Shown: piece by piece, positions 24,556 through 38,812 of the stretch
How the letters are laid out: the number at the start of each line of letters is the position of its first letter
How positions within the stretch are numbered: position 1 is the stretch's first letter
Assembly: GCF_963921235.1 (NCBI RefSeq)
Contig: NC_086107.1
Location: forward strand, 113,834,001 to 113,898,000
DNA length: 64,000 nucleotides
Source: Mobula hypostoma
Taxonomy: Eukaryota
Direction of reading: 5' to 3'
Notes under the pieces: model-generated
Databases searched by the model: none
Seen by the model: only the letters and a program-made list of their open reading frames with translations
What the model was told of the DNA's origin: nothing
Made by a program: the position numbers and the translations under genes

Positions 24556-26234
24556 TTTCTATGACAGCAAAGATGGACAAACAACCAATGTTGAAACATA
24601 GACAAACTATGCAAATACAAATCAAAAAGATTCCAGGAATGGAAGGGTTAACATACAAGGAGTATTGATACTGCGCAGCCTACTGCTGCTGTTACTTTCC
24701 GGTCTTCACTAACGCTCCCCTCCCCGAACCGGGGGTACCAGCACACGAAGCGGGTGATGGGTGTCTCTGTGCTGAACACTCTCTCATAGTTCTTCATACA
24801 AGAGGGAAGGGAGTATTTCCACGAGAGAGATGAATGCAAAGGGGAGCTTAAACACAAACTGCTGGAGAAGATCAGCTGGTCATGCAACTTCCTCGGAGTG
24901 GAACGGACATTCTGTGTTTCAGGTTGAGACCCTTCATCTGAATGAATTGTCAGCAGTGGCAGCTGGAACAGTGTCGGGAAGTGTATGGTCATGCACTATG
25001 CTAGAAGGGATAAAGGCATAAAGACTATTTCCTAAGCAGGAAGCAAATTCAGAAATCAGACCTGGGAGTCCTCATGTAGGATTTTCTAAAGGTTAATTTG
25101 CAAGTTGAGAAGTTGTAAGGAAGGCAAATGCGATGTTAGCATTCGTTTCAAGAGGACTGGAATGTGAATGCGAGAATGTAATGCTGAAGCTTTATAAGGC
25201 AGTGGTCAGACAGCATTCGGAGTATCGTCAGCAGTTTTGGGCCCCTTATCTACGAGAAATGTGCTGACATTGGAGAGGGTCCAGATGAGGTTCACGAGAA
25301 TGATTCTGGGAATGAAAGGGTTAACATTTGTGGAGTTTTTGTTGGCTTGTGGCTTGTACTCTCTGGGAGGGGGGATCTACTGAATATTGAAAAGCCTCCA
25401 CCAGTCCATCATGGCCGATTTATTATCCCTGTCAAGCCCATTCTCCTGCCTCCTCCCTGTGACCTCTGATGTCCTTATTAATAAGGAACCTATCAGCCTC
25501 TGCTTTAAATACACTCAATGACTCGACATCTGCGGTAACGAGTTCCACAGATTCACCACCCTCTGGCTTAAGAAATTCCTCCTCAACTCCATTCTAACTA
25601 GACATCCTCTATTCTGAGGCCGTGCCCTCTGGTCCCAGACTCCTCCACGTTTGGAGACATCCTCTCTATCTAACCTTTCAATATTCAGCAGGTTCAAAGA
25701 GATCCCTTCCCCATTCTTCTAAACTCCAGTGAGTGCAGGCCCAGGGTTATTAAACATCCTCATACGTTAACTCATTCATTCCCGGAATCATTTTTGCACA
25801 GTAGGGGAGTAAGGGTTATGGTGAAAAGACAGATAGGTGGAGATGAGTCCACGGTCAGAGCAGCCATGATCTTATTGGCGGAGCAGGCTGGATGGGCCAG
25901 ATGGCCGATTCCTGCTCCTACTTCTTATGTTATCTTATCTTATTCTCACGAACTTCTTCTGGACCTTCTCCCATCCCAGCACATCCCTTCTTACATCTGA
26001 AGCCCAAAACGGGTTAGTTGTGGGTTGTGGGCGTGCTATGTTGTGCCAGAACCAAGGCAACACTCTGACTACATTGGTCAGACACTCTGTCCAACACTCT
26101 GACTACGTTGGTCGTTGGCACAATGTTTGATGTTTCCATGCAGATGTGACAGATAAAGCTAATACACTGCCTGAGAGAACACTGATGGATGGAGGTGTAG
26201 CATCTGGACAGGAAAGGAGAGTTTATGACAGGTG

Positions 26235-26606
26235 GCTAAGGGCTGGGAGATGCCAGGACACGTGCAGAAGGGTTGCAAGGGGTGAGTGAAGGCTGGGAGA
26301 TGCCAGGACAGGTAGGGAGAGTTTGGGATGGATCAGTAAGGGTTGGGAGATACCAGGACACTTAGGGAGATGTTGGAATGGGTCAGTGAGGGTTGGGAGA
26401 TGCCAGGACACATAGGGAGAGGTTGGGACAGCGGAGTAAGTCCAGGAGATGCAAGAACACACAAGGAGGTGTTGGGATGGCTGAGTGAGTCTGGGGGATG
26501 CCAAACCACGCGGGGAGGAGTTGGGATGGTGCATAAGGTCTGGGAGATGCCAGTATGCATGGGTAGGGTTGCGATGGGTGGGCAATCACTGGGAGATGCC
26601 AGGACA
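26235..26606. repeat. Degenerate ~50-bp tandem repeat
   Basis: Recurring core ctgggagatgccaggaca. Confidence 0.7.
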
Positions 26607-28789
26607 ATTATACAATTAATAACATGGCTGATACAATCAGTGCACAAGGATTAAACCATTACTATCAGTGATGGGGACTACTGGTAAGAAATTAAGATGT
26701 TCTCTCAGTCCTGGTGAAAGCAGATTCAATGGGAACATGGCTGCACGACAGTTTCTCACAGCTGCAGTGACCCAAATTCGACCCGGACCTTGGGCGCTGT
26801 CTGTGTGGAGTTTGCATGTTCAATCTGCGGTGCTCCTCCGGATGCTCTAGTTTTCTCCCATCGCAAAGACGAGTGGTTTAACGGATCAGCTCGCTGCTAC
26901 GCACCACCGCCGGTGTGTGGGGTAAGTGACAGAATCCCAGAGTCGATGGGACAAGGGCAAAATAAAATGCAATTTAGTGTAGACGGTCGACATGGAGAGG
27001 GAGCTGAAAAGAAAAATGTGATTTGCTTCATTTGTCACACGTATGTCAAATCAAATAAACAGGAATTGTGCTGGGGGCTAGAGCTGCCATGCTTCCATGC
27101 CCACAACTCACAAGCCTCTTTGGAACATGTGAGGAAACGGTCATGGGGAGAATGTGCATCCTCCTACAGGCACCAGTGGGAACTGAACCATTGACTACTG
27201 GCACTCCAAAGCATTATGCCAGCCGTTAGGCTGCCGTGCCACCCCTAGGGCCAGTCTCTGACTTTATGCCTCTGTAACTCTATAAAGCTTGAAGGGACCT
27301 TGGACAGGTAGATGAAAAGAAACTGGTTGGACAGATGACTTGAAGTTCCAGTATCGGCATGATGGGCTGAAAGGTCACTTGTGTGTTGAATGATCCCAGG
27401 ACCTCACTGTGGGAATGACAACATGAACAGTGATTTTTTTTAAATACTGGAAATCTTTACCTCCCCCTCCCCCTTCCCTCTTCTCCCATTTCCCATTCTG
27501 GTTCCCCTCTCACCCCTTCTCTCTTCCTCCCCTGCCCATCATCTTCCCCTCCTTCTCTTTATTCCACGGTCTACTCTCTTCTCCTATCAGATTCCTTCTT
27601 CTTCAGCCCTTTACCTCTTCCTCCTATCACCCCCCCCCCATTTCATCTCCCCTCCCACACCCATCCACCTTCCCGCTCACCTGGTCTCACCTGTCACCTG
27701 TTAGGTCGTACTTCTCCTCTCTGACACCCATCCACCTTCCTGCTCACCTGGTCTCACCTGTCACCTGTTAGGTCGTACTTCTCCCCTCTCCTCACCTTAT
27801 TCTGGCTTCTTCCTCCCTTCCCATACCATCTTGATGAAGGGTCTCGGTCTGAAATGTCAACTGATTGTTCTCCCCCTCCGCAGATGCTGCCTGACCTGCT
27901 GAGTTCCTCCAAGCATTTTGTGTGTGGTCCCTTGCGTACCTCTTGCATTTTTCTAGCATTTTTGATGTATTAATTGTCCCTGGGCGAGTTGGGGGATGCA
28001 ATCGTACAGAGTCCAGCAGCCAGCAAAGCGTGAGCAAATCTGGGGCAGGTAAGCTGAAGCCTGGTTGGGGTGGGAAGTTGGAAAGAGAAAGATTATGGAG
28101 GGGTGAGGGAATGAAGAGCTCAGGGCCAAGGAATGACCAGCAAATCGAACACAGGCGATGCAAGTCAGGTCTATCTACACTAATTCTTTTTACCTATATT
28201 TTGCTGATATCTTTTTAAATCTTTTCTTATCCATGTGGTCTAACAACAGTATTTTAGATATTGTAGTTTGTGCCTGCCTCTGCCAGCACCTCTGGCAGTG
28301 TATTCCATAAACCCACCGCCCAGTTTGGGAAATACTTGTCCCTCAGACCCTTTTTAAATGCAAGAGATTCTGCAGACGCTGGATACCTTGAGCAACGCAC
28401 ATAAAATGCTGGGAGAACTCAACGAGTCAGGCAGCATCTATGGAGGGGAATAAACCTGGAGTCGGCACTTTGGGCTGAGACCCTTTATCAGGACAGGACA
28501 GAAAGGGAGAAGAATTCTCTCTACCATCCAGACATGCTCTCTTTTTGCTGCTGTGGAGGTGTAAGATCCTCAGGAACCATTGTTACCCTAGAACCATCAG
28601 TGTCCTGAACCAGCGTGGATAACTTCACTCTGCGCAGCAATGAACTGATCCCACAACCTATGGACTCCCTTTCAAGGACTCTACAACTCATGTTGTCAAT
28701 ACGCATTTTTTTAAATATTTGCCCAGTTTGACTTCTTTTGTATTTTGGTGGTTTGTCAGTTTTTGTGTGTAGTTTTTCACTGATTCCAT

Positions 28790-29685
28790 TAGTCATAGTC
28801 ATAGTCATACTTTATTGATCCCGGGGGAAATTGGTTTTCGTTACAGTTGCACCATAAATAATAAATAGTAATAAAATCGTAAATAGTTAAATAGTAATAT
28901 GTAAATTATGCCAGGAAATAAGTCCAGGACCAGCCTATTTGCTCAGGGTGTCTGACCCTCCAAGGGAGGAGTTGTAAAGTTTGATGGCCACAGGCAGGAA
29001 TGACTTCCTATGACGCTCTGTGCTGCATCTCGGTGGAATGAGTCTCTGGCTGAATGTACTCCTGTGCCCATCCAGTACATTATGTAGTGGATGGGAAACA
29101 TTGTCCAAGATGGCATGCAACTTGGACAGCATCCTCTTTTCAGACACCACCGTGAGAGAGTCCAGTTCCATTCCCACAACATCACTGGCCTTACGAATGA
29201 GTTTGTTGATTCTGCTGGTGTCTGCTACCCTCAGCCTGCTGCCCCAGCACACAACAGCAAACATGATAGCACTGGCCACCACAGACTCGTAGAACATCCT
29301 CAGCATCATCTGGCAGATGTTAAAGGACCTCAGTCTCCTCAGGAAATAGAGACGGTTCTGACCCTTCTTGTAGACAGCCTCAGTGTCCTTTGACCTGTCC
29401 AGTTTATTGTCAATTCGTATCCCCAGGTATTTGTAATCCTCCACCATGTCCACATTGACCCCCTGGATGGAAAGAGGGGTCACCGGTACCTTAGCTCTCC
29501 TCAGGTCTACCACCAGCTCCTTAGTCTTTTTCACATTAAGCTGCAGATAATTCTGCTCACACCATGTGACAAAGTTTCCTACCGTAGACCTGTACTCAGC
29601 CTCATCTCCCTTGCTGATGCAGAGTCATCAGAAAACTTCTGAAGATGACAAGACTCTGTGTAGTAGTTGAAGTCCGAGGTGTAAA
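28790..29685 (-). mobile_element. Young Rex1/Babar-type LINE 3' fragment
   Basis: Open 199-aa ORF KTKELVVDLRR..YKYLGIRIDNKL..RLYFLRRLRSF..SFLPVAIKLYN; tail reads (tagtca)3 on the + strand. Confidence 0.9.
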
Positions 29686-30654
29686 TGTATTTCTTTGTTC
29701 TACTGTGAATGCCTGCAAGAAAATGAATCTCAGGGCGACATATACGTACCCTGATACTAAAACTACTTTGAACTTTGAACTTACCTTAAAAGTATGTCCT
29801 CTTGTTTTAGATCCCCTCACCCTGGGAAACAGACTATGACTATTGGCACTGGTGATTTTATAAATGTCTCAACCTTCGCTTCCTTCACTGCAGAGAAAGC
29901 TGTTGCAGTCTATCCAGCCTCTCCTTGTAACTCAGACTTGCCTGTCCAGGCACCTTTGACTATTTTCTGCACCCTCTCTAGCTCAATCACATCTTTCAAT
30001 TTACCCGCACGTGTACAGAAGAAATATGGAAAGCTCGCGATCAGAGAACCACCAACAGATAGAGCCAGCTGTACTTACACATCAGGCCTGAGCAGCAAGT
30101 TTCCAAAATACTTCATGACAAGGGAAAGGAAAGCACACCAAGGATGAGCTAGGGATCACTAAGAAAAATGTCTGTGCCCCCGAACCCTGTGAACTTATGA
30201 ATGCATTATTTATTTAGAGACACAATGCGGAAAAGCCCCCTCCGGCCCTGTGAACCCCACTGTCCAGCAACCCCCTATTTAACCCCAGCCTAATCACAGG
30301 TCAATTTACAATGACCAATTAACCTACTAAGCAGTACGTCTTTAGACTGTGGGAGGAAACCAGAGCACCCGGAGGAAACCCACACGTTCCACAGGGAGGA
30401 CGTACAGGCGGGACACCGGGATTGAACCCTGAACTCTGACAGCCTGAGCTGTAACAGCGTCACTGCTATGCTGCCATAGCGCCCTTGGTGAGTTACTGGG
30501 CTGGAGGAGGTTACAGGGCTCTGAAGGGTTTGGGGGTTCAAAGGTCGAAGGTGAGGCTGAGGAGAGAATGAAACACTTGGAAGGGAGTTTTATTCTGTAG
30601 TTTTGACAGCTGGAGAGGCAGACATTAAAAGGAATAACTTCACAAAGAGGCAGA

Positions 30655-31272
30655 TCTTCTCCCTCCTGGCATGTATCCCTGCAAGCGACAGAAGTGCTAC
30701 GTCTGCCCGTTCACCTCCAATCAGGCCTCCTAACAGTCCTTCCAGGTGAGGCAACACTTCACCTACAAATCTGTTAGGGGTCATCTACTGTACCGATGCT
30801 CCCGATGAGGTCTCCTGTACATTGCTGAGACCCGACATAAATTGGGGAACTGCTTCATCAAGCATCTGCACTGCAACTACAAAAAGCTGAATTTCTCGGT
30901 AGCCAGCCATTTCAATTCCTATTCCCCACTCCAGCCTCTTAACCTCTTCTCCTCACCTGCCTATCACATCCTGCTGGTGCCCCTCCTCCTCCCCATTTCT
31001 CCCATGGCCCACTCTTCTCTCTTATCACATTCCTTCTTCTCCAGCCCTTTACCTTTCCCACCCACTTGGCTTTACCTATCACCCTTCAGTTATCCTCCTT
31101 CCCCTCCCCACACCATGTTACTCTGGCATCTTCCCTTCCTTTCTCAGTCCTGATGAAGGGTCTCGGCAACTGTTTATTCATTTCCGTAGATGCTGCCTGG
31201 CCTGCTGAGTTCCTCCAGCATTTTGTGTGGGTTGTTCTGTATTTCCAGCGTCTGCAGAATCTCCTGTGTTTA
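30655..31272 (+). mobile_element. Degraded Penelope-like fragment (GIY-YIG remnant plus pLTR)
   Basis: Collinear with 61790-62640 (cagtccttccaggtgaggcaacacttcacc...), frameshifted. Confidence 0.75.
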
Positions 31273-32689
31273 AGGTCTCCGAAATAGCATTTTGAAGATC
31301 GTTTCAGAGAAACGCTTCTGACAACGACTTCCCCATCACCCTAAGACCGCAACTCTGGACCCTGACTGCTGCAGGCTGGTTATACAGGCAGCTCTTTGAG
31401 GTGGTGTTCCAGTCAATATTCACACTCTCTTTCAATCACAGCTGCTTTGCCTGGTCTCAAGGCATTGGTGGGTTGGGGGCGTGGGAGGGGGCGGGAAGTC
31501 ATGCGTAGGCCTTAATTAATTTCTTTCACTTAATTACACTTCATGTGAATTTTTCAACCGCTCAAGGATGAATGGTTTAAGAATTCAAACTCGCTCTCAG
31601 TGCCAATTTCTCTGTGTCTGAGGAAGTTGTTAGTGGTTGGGGCCCAGATGAAATTTTGCTTTCAGATAATAACTACAGGCTGACTCAAACAATCAGGGGA
31701 ATAGTTTTGGTGTAAAGATTCAAGATTCAAAGATTCAGAATACATTTATTATCAAAGTATGCATGCAGTATGTATGGGAAGAGATTTGTCTTCCTGTAGA
31801 CAGCCCTGAAACAAAGAAAAACAGGGAACCCATTCAAAGAAAAAAAATCTAGCCACCAATGCACATTAAAAATCACACAAAAAGCAAAAAAAAGAGCAAA
31901 CACGCAGAATATAAAATATCAAATCAGGCACTCAATGAAACAGTCCAGGAATGTTCAGTTTCTGTTCAATCTCGCACTGTGTTGTTCGTTCACTGGAGGC
32001 TGCAGCCACTCCACACCGATCAAAATCGCACAAAATGGCAACTAAAAAGAGGGGACCTTTATTCTACAGCCGTTCCAGCACCATCCTCCACCAGCGACCA
32101 ACGAGAGGGAAAGAGAGAATGATCAGTCGAACGAAAGCACCTTCCTCTGGAAGCAGCGAGCAAGAGGGTGAGAGAGACAGTGAGAGAGAGAGAGAGAGAG
32201 AGGTGGGGGGCAGAGAGAGAGGGAAAGAGGAGGGAGAGAGAGAGCAATCAAACATAGGCACCCTCCTCCAGGAGCAGCAATTGAGAGTGAGTGAGAGACC
32301 GGTCACTCGCACCGCAGACGGCGCTGAACGCCCACTCGCCTTCCGCTCTCGTTCTTGTTGATTTCAATCTTCCTCACTGCTTTAATCGCTGGTAAACGGA
32401 GTCGATCGCGGGCTCACGCTCCGTCTCCAGGCTTCTTGGCCTCCAGGCCTCCCGCTTCACTCAAAACCTCACCGAACCCTTCAGAGACAGGAAAGCGCCA
32501 GCTCGCCCAAAACCACAGCATCAAACTGTAGTCCCTGGAGGGTGAGTAATTCAGCCGTGGAGACTGTGAGAGAGGAATAAGGTGTCATTATCCTGGAGGT
32601 GGTTACAGTACTGGGCTTGATGTCTGTTTTCAAAGGGCTGTGGAGGACGAGAGTGACGGAGAGGCTTGTGGTTGTTGCAGCTGCTTTCT

Positions 32690-33245
32690 ACCCTCAGTGG
32701 CCACTTTATTAGATACCCCTGTACACCTGCTCATTAATGCAACTATCTAATCAGCCAATCCTGTGGCAGCAACACAATGCATAAAAGCATGCAGAGATGT
32801 TCAAGAGGTTCACTTGTTGTTCAGATCAAACATTAGAATGGGGAAGAAATGTGATCTAAGTGACTTTGACGGTGGAATGATAGTTGGTGCCATACGGGGT
32901 GGTTTGAGTACCTCAGAAACTGCTGATCTCCTGGCATTTTCAGACACAACGGTCTCTAGAGTTTACAGAGAATGGTGTGAAAAACAAAACAGAACAATAA
33001 ATATCCAGTGAGCAGCAGTTCTGTGGATCAAAACATGTTAATGAGAGAGGTCAGAGGTGAAAAGTCAGACTGGTTCAAGCTGACAGGAAGGCGACACTAA
33101 CTCAAATAACCACACGTTACAACAGTGGTGTGCAGAAGAGCATCTCTGGATGCACAACATATTGAACCTGTAAGTGGACGGGCTACAGCAACAGAAGACC
33201 ATGAACGTACACTCAGTGGCCACTTTATTAGGTACAGGAGGTACA
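32690..33245 (+). mobile_element. Non-autonomous Tc1/mariner derivative
   Basis: TIR-like cagtggccactttattag; HTH remnant MGKKCDLSDFDGGMIVGA..ETADLL..TTVSRVYREW. Confidence 0.85.
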
Positions 33246-34019
33246 TTGGCCCATGATTGGGCTAGGGTTATATCAGGGATGGCCGGCAGTGCATCTCGAG
33301 GGCCAGAAGGGCCGATTCCATGCTGTACCTCTAAATAAATAAATAAATACAATTCCCTTCCTCTCCCAGTCACACTCTGGGAAGTTGCAGAGCCATACGG
33401 CACAAAAACGGGTATTTCAACCCATCTGGTCCATGCTGATCAAGATGGCCAATCTGGTACCATTTGCCTGCATTGGTCACAGTTCCTTCCAGACCTTTCC
33501 TGCCCATGTATCTGTCAAAGTTCAAAGCACACTTTTATCAAGGTATGTATACATTATACAACCTTGATTCGTCTTCTTACAGGCAGCCACAAAAGAAAGA
33601 AACCCATTTTTTAAAAAGCCAGTCAAACACCCAGTGCGCAGAGAGAAAATAAAATTGTGCAAGCAATAAAGGTAAGCAAATAGCATTCGGAACTGAAGTT
33701 TTACGAAGGACATGGAGCCGTGCTTCACTGCAGCCGCAGCAGACCGCAGCTTCAGTTCAGCGTGGAGCTGAGTGACCATTGTAGAGCAGTGAGCAGAACC
33801 TGGCAGGATCGGCCCTCGCCTCACCTCTGGACACCTAAATCATCCAAACATCGGCTAGCTCCTCACTCTCGGACCCCTCTGTGGCCTGGACCCAGCCGCC
33901 ATGATTCGGCCCCCTACCTGACCTTTCCAATTCGGTCCGGCACTTAAATCGATCAGGCATTCCGACATTCCTTGCTCCCACCACCGCTTGCCTTTGCCAA
34001 GCCTTGATTTCACACGGGG

Positions 34020-34290
34020 ATGCACGGTAGCGTTGTGCATAGCAGAACACTTTACAGTGCCAGCGACCCGGGTTCAATTCCCGCTACTGCCTGTCAGGAG
34101 TTTGTACGTTCTCCCCATGACTACGTGGGTTTCCTCCGGGTGCTCTGGTTTCCTCCCACAGTCCAAAAACGTACCGGGTGGTCAGTTCATTGGTCAGTGT
34201 AAATTGTTCCGTAATTAGGCTGGGTTAAATCAGGGGATTGGTGGGTGGCGTGGGTCAAAGGACCGGAACAGACTACTCCGCACTGTGCAC
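34020..34290 (+). mobile_element. tRNA-derived SINE (V-SINE-like); related copies at ~4680-4980, 13585-13860, 30210-30480, 48385-48645
   Basis: B box ggttcaattcc followed by ggagtttgtacgttctcccc..gggtttcctccgggtgctctggtttcctcccacagtccaaa. Confidence 0.75.
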
Positions 34291-34518
34291 TTTGCCCTAT
34301 TTGATGGGAAATGGGAGTGGAAAAGGGAGCGTGGACAATGTGGGCCGAATGGCATGTTGTATCTCTAGGATAGAGAATTCAAGCCAGGAGGAATGATTAT
34401 ATGAGCTGGGGTAGGTTACTTTGGAATGGACACAGCAGAAGGGGAGATTTAATGAGCGAAATCCTACGGGGAGAGGAGAACTGAGATCCATGTTTCTGAG
34501 CAGAGAGGATGATCACTA

Positions 34519-34710
34519 TCTCTGTCTGTGTCTCTCTCTTTCACTGTGTCAGTCTCTCTCTCTGTCTCTCACTGCCTCTCCCTCTCACTATTGCCTCCCT
34601 CTGTCTCTCTTTTTTCTCTCTCTCTTGCTTTTTCCTTCTCTCTCTCTCTCCCTCTCTCTCCCTCTCTCTCTCCCTCTCTCTCTCTCTCCCTCCCTCTCCT
34701 TCCCTCTCTG
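34519..34710. repeat. CT-rich low-complexity tract
   Basis: (CT)n-like pyrimidine run. Confidence 0.9.
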
Positions 34711-36107
34711 ATTTTTAATCCTTTACCTCACTCCTGGTGCTTTATCGATATTCTGGCAGACACTGCGACTGATTTGTTGTGTCTTGCCCCGTTTGCATCC
34801 TGTTTCCCTTCCTTTTCCTGTTTGTCTGCAATCACAAGCCCACACTCTCACCCCCCTCTTATCCAGTTGCCTGTTTTTAAACCACCCCTCCTTGTCTGCA
34901 GTCACCCCTCACCCAGTCTGAACCCCTCCTGCCCCGATCCCGCTATAATTTTGGAAGTGTCACGGCCTACTCTTGGCCTTGAGGTAACGTAATGAGGAGA
35001 AACACTGTGAGTTTTAACACGGACATAGAGACCCCATAAACTCCAGTGTGGCATGGTTACCATGGTTACTGTGACCTTGTACATAGAGAATAGGCCTGCT
35101 TCCAAAGGCCAAGAGGCCTGCAGTGCACAGCTGAAGGACGTGACGGTTCCATTCGTGCAAGACTGAAATATGGGGAGAAGAAACCCAACCAAACCTTGTT
35201 GGACATGAAAATGGAGATGTGTTACTCCAGCGGCCTGGGCAGCTGTAACAACCCCTGACAGGAAAGGTCTGTGTTTGGGGAAGGGGGTGGTCCTGTGTTT
35301 CCAACAGACTTCTCCCCACAGTATGAGGGTCTTGGTATTGGTATATTATTGCCTCGATACATTGAAAAGCTTGCTTGTACAGTTTAAATCATAAACCTGA
35401 TTCTGATTTGGGCATTGAGCTAGAATAAGGTAAAACAATAGAAATACAGAATAAAGTGTGAAAGCTACTAAGCTGCCTTAGATACTAGTGGTACATGATA
35501 CCAGGCACTTGTATCTTGCGCCCGATGGGAGCGGGGAGAAGAGAGAATGTCTAGGGGGGGTGGGGGGGGGGGAATCTTTGACTATGCTGGCTGCTTAACT
35601 GAGCCAGTGGGAAGTGTAGAGAGAGTCCACAATACCCAGGGAGTACGCCATGCGGGTACGGGGAGTTAAGGAGGGGTGTAGTAACATAACTTGAAGGACC
35701 AAACGGCCTCCATGTTGAGAAATGTCCCAAGAAAATAGGAACAGGCCACTCAGCACCTCAAACCTGTCCCACAATTCAATATGACTACAGCTGATCTGCC
35801 ACTGGATTCACCTCCTCATCAGCCCAGTTCCCCGTCGCCCAAAACTCCCCGATCTTTTCAAATGCTTATCCGCCTCCTCGTTAAATATCCCCAAATCAGA
35901 ATCAGGTTTATTATCACTGAGGTATGGCCTGAAATTTCAAAGTTAATTTATTATCAGAGTATGTATACGTTGTACAACCTTCAGATTTGTCTCCTTACGT
36001 GCAGCTGCAAAAGAAAGAAACCCAAAGGAACTGATTAAAAACACAGTCAAACGTCCAATGTGAAGACAGAGAAAAAAAAACACAAATTGTGCAACTAATA
36101 AAAGTAA

Positions 36108-36895
36108 GCATAGAAACATAGAAAACCTACAGCACAATACAGGCCCTTCGGCCCACAAAGTTGTGCTGAACATGTCCCTACCTTAGAAATTACTAGACTT
36201 ACCTATAGCCCTCTATTTTACTAAGCTCCATGTACCTATCCAAAAGTCTCTTAAAAGACCCTATTGTATCCGCCTCCACCACCATTGCCGGCAGCCCATT
36301 CCACGCACTCACCACTCTCTGTGTAAAAAACTTACCCCTGACATCTCCTCTGTACCTACTCCCCAGCACCTTAAACCTGTGTCCTCTTGTGGCAGCCATT
36401 TCAGCTCTGGGAAAAAGCCTCTGACTATCCACACGATCAATGCCTCTCATCATCTTATACACCTCTATCAGGTCACCTCTCATCCTCCGTCACTCCAAGG
36501 AGAAAAAGCCGAGTTCACTCAACCTGTTTCAATAAGGCATGCTCCCCAATCCAGGCAACATCCTTCTAAATCTCCTCTGCACGCTTTCTATAGTTTCCAC
36601 ATCCTTCCTGTAGTGAGGCAACCAGAACTGAGCACAGTACTCCAAGTGGGGCCTGACTAGGGTCCGATATAGCTGCAACATTACCTCTCGGCTCCGAAAT
36701 TCAATTCCACGGTTGATGAGGCCAATACACCATACGCCTTCTTAACCACAGTCAACCTGCGCAGCCACTTTGAGCGTCCTATGAACTCATAGCCCAAGAT
36801 CCCTCTAATCCTCCACACTGCCAAGAGTCTTACCATTAATACTATATTCTGCCATCATATTTGACCTACCAAAATGAACCACATCACACATATCT
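36108..36895 (-). mobile_element. CR1 LINE 3' fragment
   Basis: MRGDLIEVYKMMRGIDRV..FFTQRVVSAWNGLP; catagaaa-repeat tail. Confidence 0.9.
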
Positions 36896-37345
36896 GGGTA
36901 AGCAAATAGCATTTGAGACAAAAGTGAGTCGCCAGACATGAACTGCGGAGCAGGCCACAACCTCAGCCTCAGTTCAGTGCAGAGCCGAGTAAACGTCATG
37001 GAGGAGCGAGCAGAATTTGTTGTTTTTGAGGAATGCAGTACAGTGCAAGACATTAAAAAAATACTGTAAGTTACAATTTTAAAAAAATAGTCTGAAAGAA
37101 GAACATGTGATCCAGACTCCACAGCTGTCCCGGGCCAAGAATTCCAGAGGTTCATCACCTTCTGTGGGAAGAAGTTCCCACAAATGGCTTGAAAATGGTG
37201 GAAGATGTTCTAGGGTAAGACCTATCTAATTAGATCGAGAAGCTTCTATGCAACTCAGATGAAAATGACTACCCCTCCTGTCTGTCCTCACTGCAGCATA
37301 TATATACACACACACACACACAAGTGTGCACATATTATTTATACA

Positions 37346-37540
37346 TAGTGTCTATAAAAAGTATTCACCCCCATTTGGAAGTTTTCATGTTTTATTGCTG
37401 TACAACATTGAATCACAGTCGCTTTAATTTGGCTTTTTTGGGTATTGAACAATAGTAAAAGACCCTTTCATATCGAAGTGAAAACGGATCGCTACAAAGT
37501 GATCTAAGTCAATTACAAATATAAAACACAAAATAATTGT
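37346..37540. mobile_element. Tc1-like terminal fragment
   Basis: tagtgtctataaaaagtattcacccc resembles Tc1 TIR starts and follows a TA-rich site. Confidence 0.55.
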
Positions 37541-38267
37541 ATCAACAGCGTTGTGCTAACCGTGCCGCCCCGGGACGTGGGAGGAGACCCAAGCATGCAG
37601 GGGAAGTGTCGCCGTAAGAGCATGCAAACTCCACACAGAGAGCGCCGGAAGTCAGGACTGAACGTGGGTCACCAGAACTGAGAGTTTCACCCCACTGGGT
37701 GACCTAGAGTCGTAACGGTTGTCACAGATGTGACGTGACTGGTTTTCGCGCATGGTAACACTCCCACAAACCGCGCAGGTCAAGTCACTTCTGTGTGCTG
37801 GTGCCACATAAGTGTTCCTCAGGAAACTTTGCTGTGGGACAGGCATCATCTGGGAGAGGAGGGGCTCGGTGTCATGTGTAGCAGTGCTATCACTCGAGTT
37901 GAGTATGATTTCCTCATAAGGGGTTGTCTATCGGTGGTTGCTGAATGAAGATGCCCATGATGCTGTCAAGGGCCTGAAAAATGGCAAAGCCACCAGTCCT
38001 GATGGGATCCCAGCAGAGATCCGTAAGGAAGGTGGACCAGTGTTCCTACACTGCATAAACATCCTTCTCCTGAGGTCTTTAAAAGGAAAAACTACCCTCA
38101 GAGCTCAAGGATTGGCTCACTTGACAGTTGGCTCTAACCGTATACCAGCCCAGCAGTGTCTTATCAGTGTACATTGTTCCATCAAGTCTTTGACTCTGGG
38201 ATGAAGGTACCCTGAGGACAATAAATAGATAAAACCTTCAGAAGTAGGGCTGGCAGTTCCAGCAACT

Positions 38268-38812
38268 TAGAAACATAGAAACATAGAAAATAGGTGCAGG
38301 AGTAGGCCATTCGGCCCTTTGAGCCTGCACCACCATTCAGTATGATCATGGCTGATCATCCAACTCAGAACCCTGTACCAGCCTTCCCTCCATATCCCCT
38401 GACCCCTGTAGCCACAAGGGCCATATCTAACTCCCTCTTAAACATAGCCAATGAACTGGCCTCAACTGTTTCCTGTGGCAGAGAATTCCACAGATTCACC
38501 ACTCTCTGTGTGAAGAAGTTTTTCCTCATCTCAGTCCTAAAAGGCTTCCCCTCTATCCTCAAACTGTGACCCCTCGTTCTGGACTTCCCCAACATCAGGA
38601 ACAATCGTCCTGCATCTGGCCTGTCCAATCCCTTTAGGATTTTATACGTTTCAATCAGATCCCCCCTCAATCTTCTAAATTCCAGAGAGTATAAGCCTAG
38701 TCGATCCAGTCTTTCATCATATGAAAGTCCTGCCATCCCAGGAATCAATCTGGTGAACCTTCTTTGTACTCCCTCTACGGCAAGAATGTCTTTCCTCAGA
38801 TTAGGGGACCAA
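38268..38812 (-). mobile_element. CR1 LINE 3' fragment
   Basis: GLYSLEFRRLRGDLIETYKILKG ORF; (agaaacat)n tail. Confidence 0.9.
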
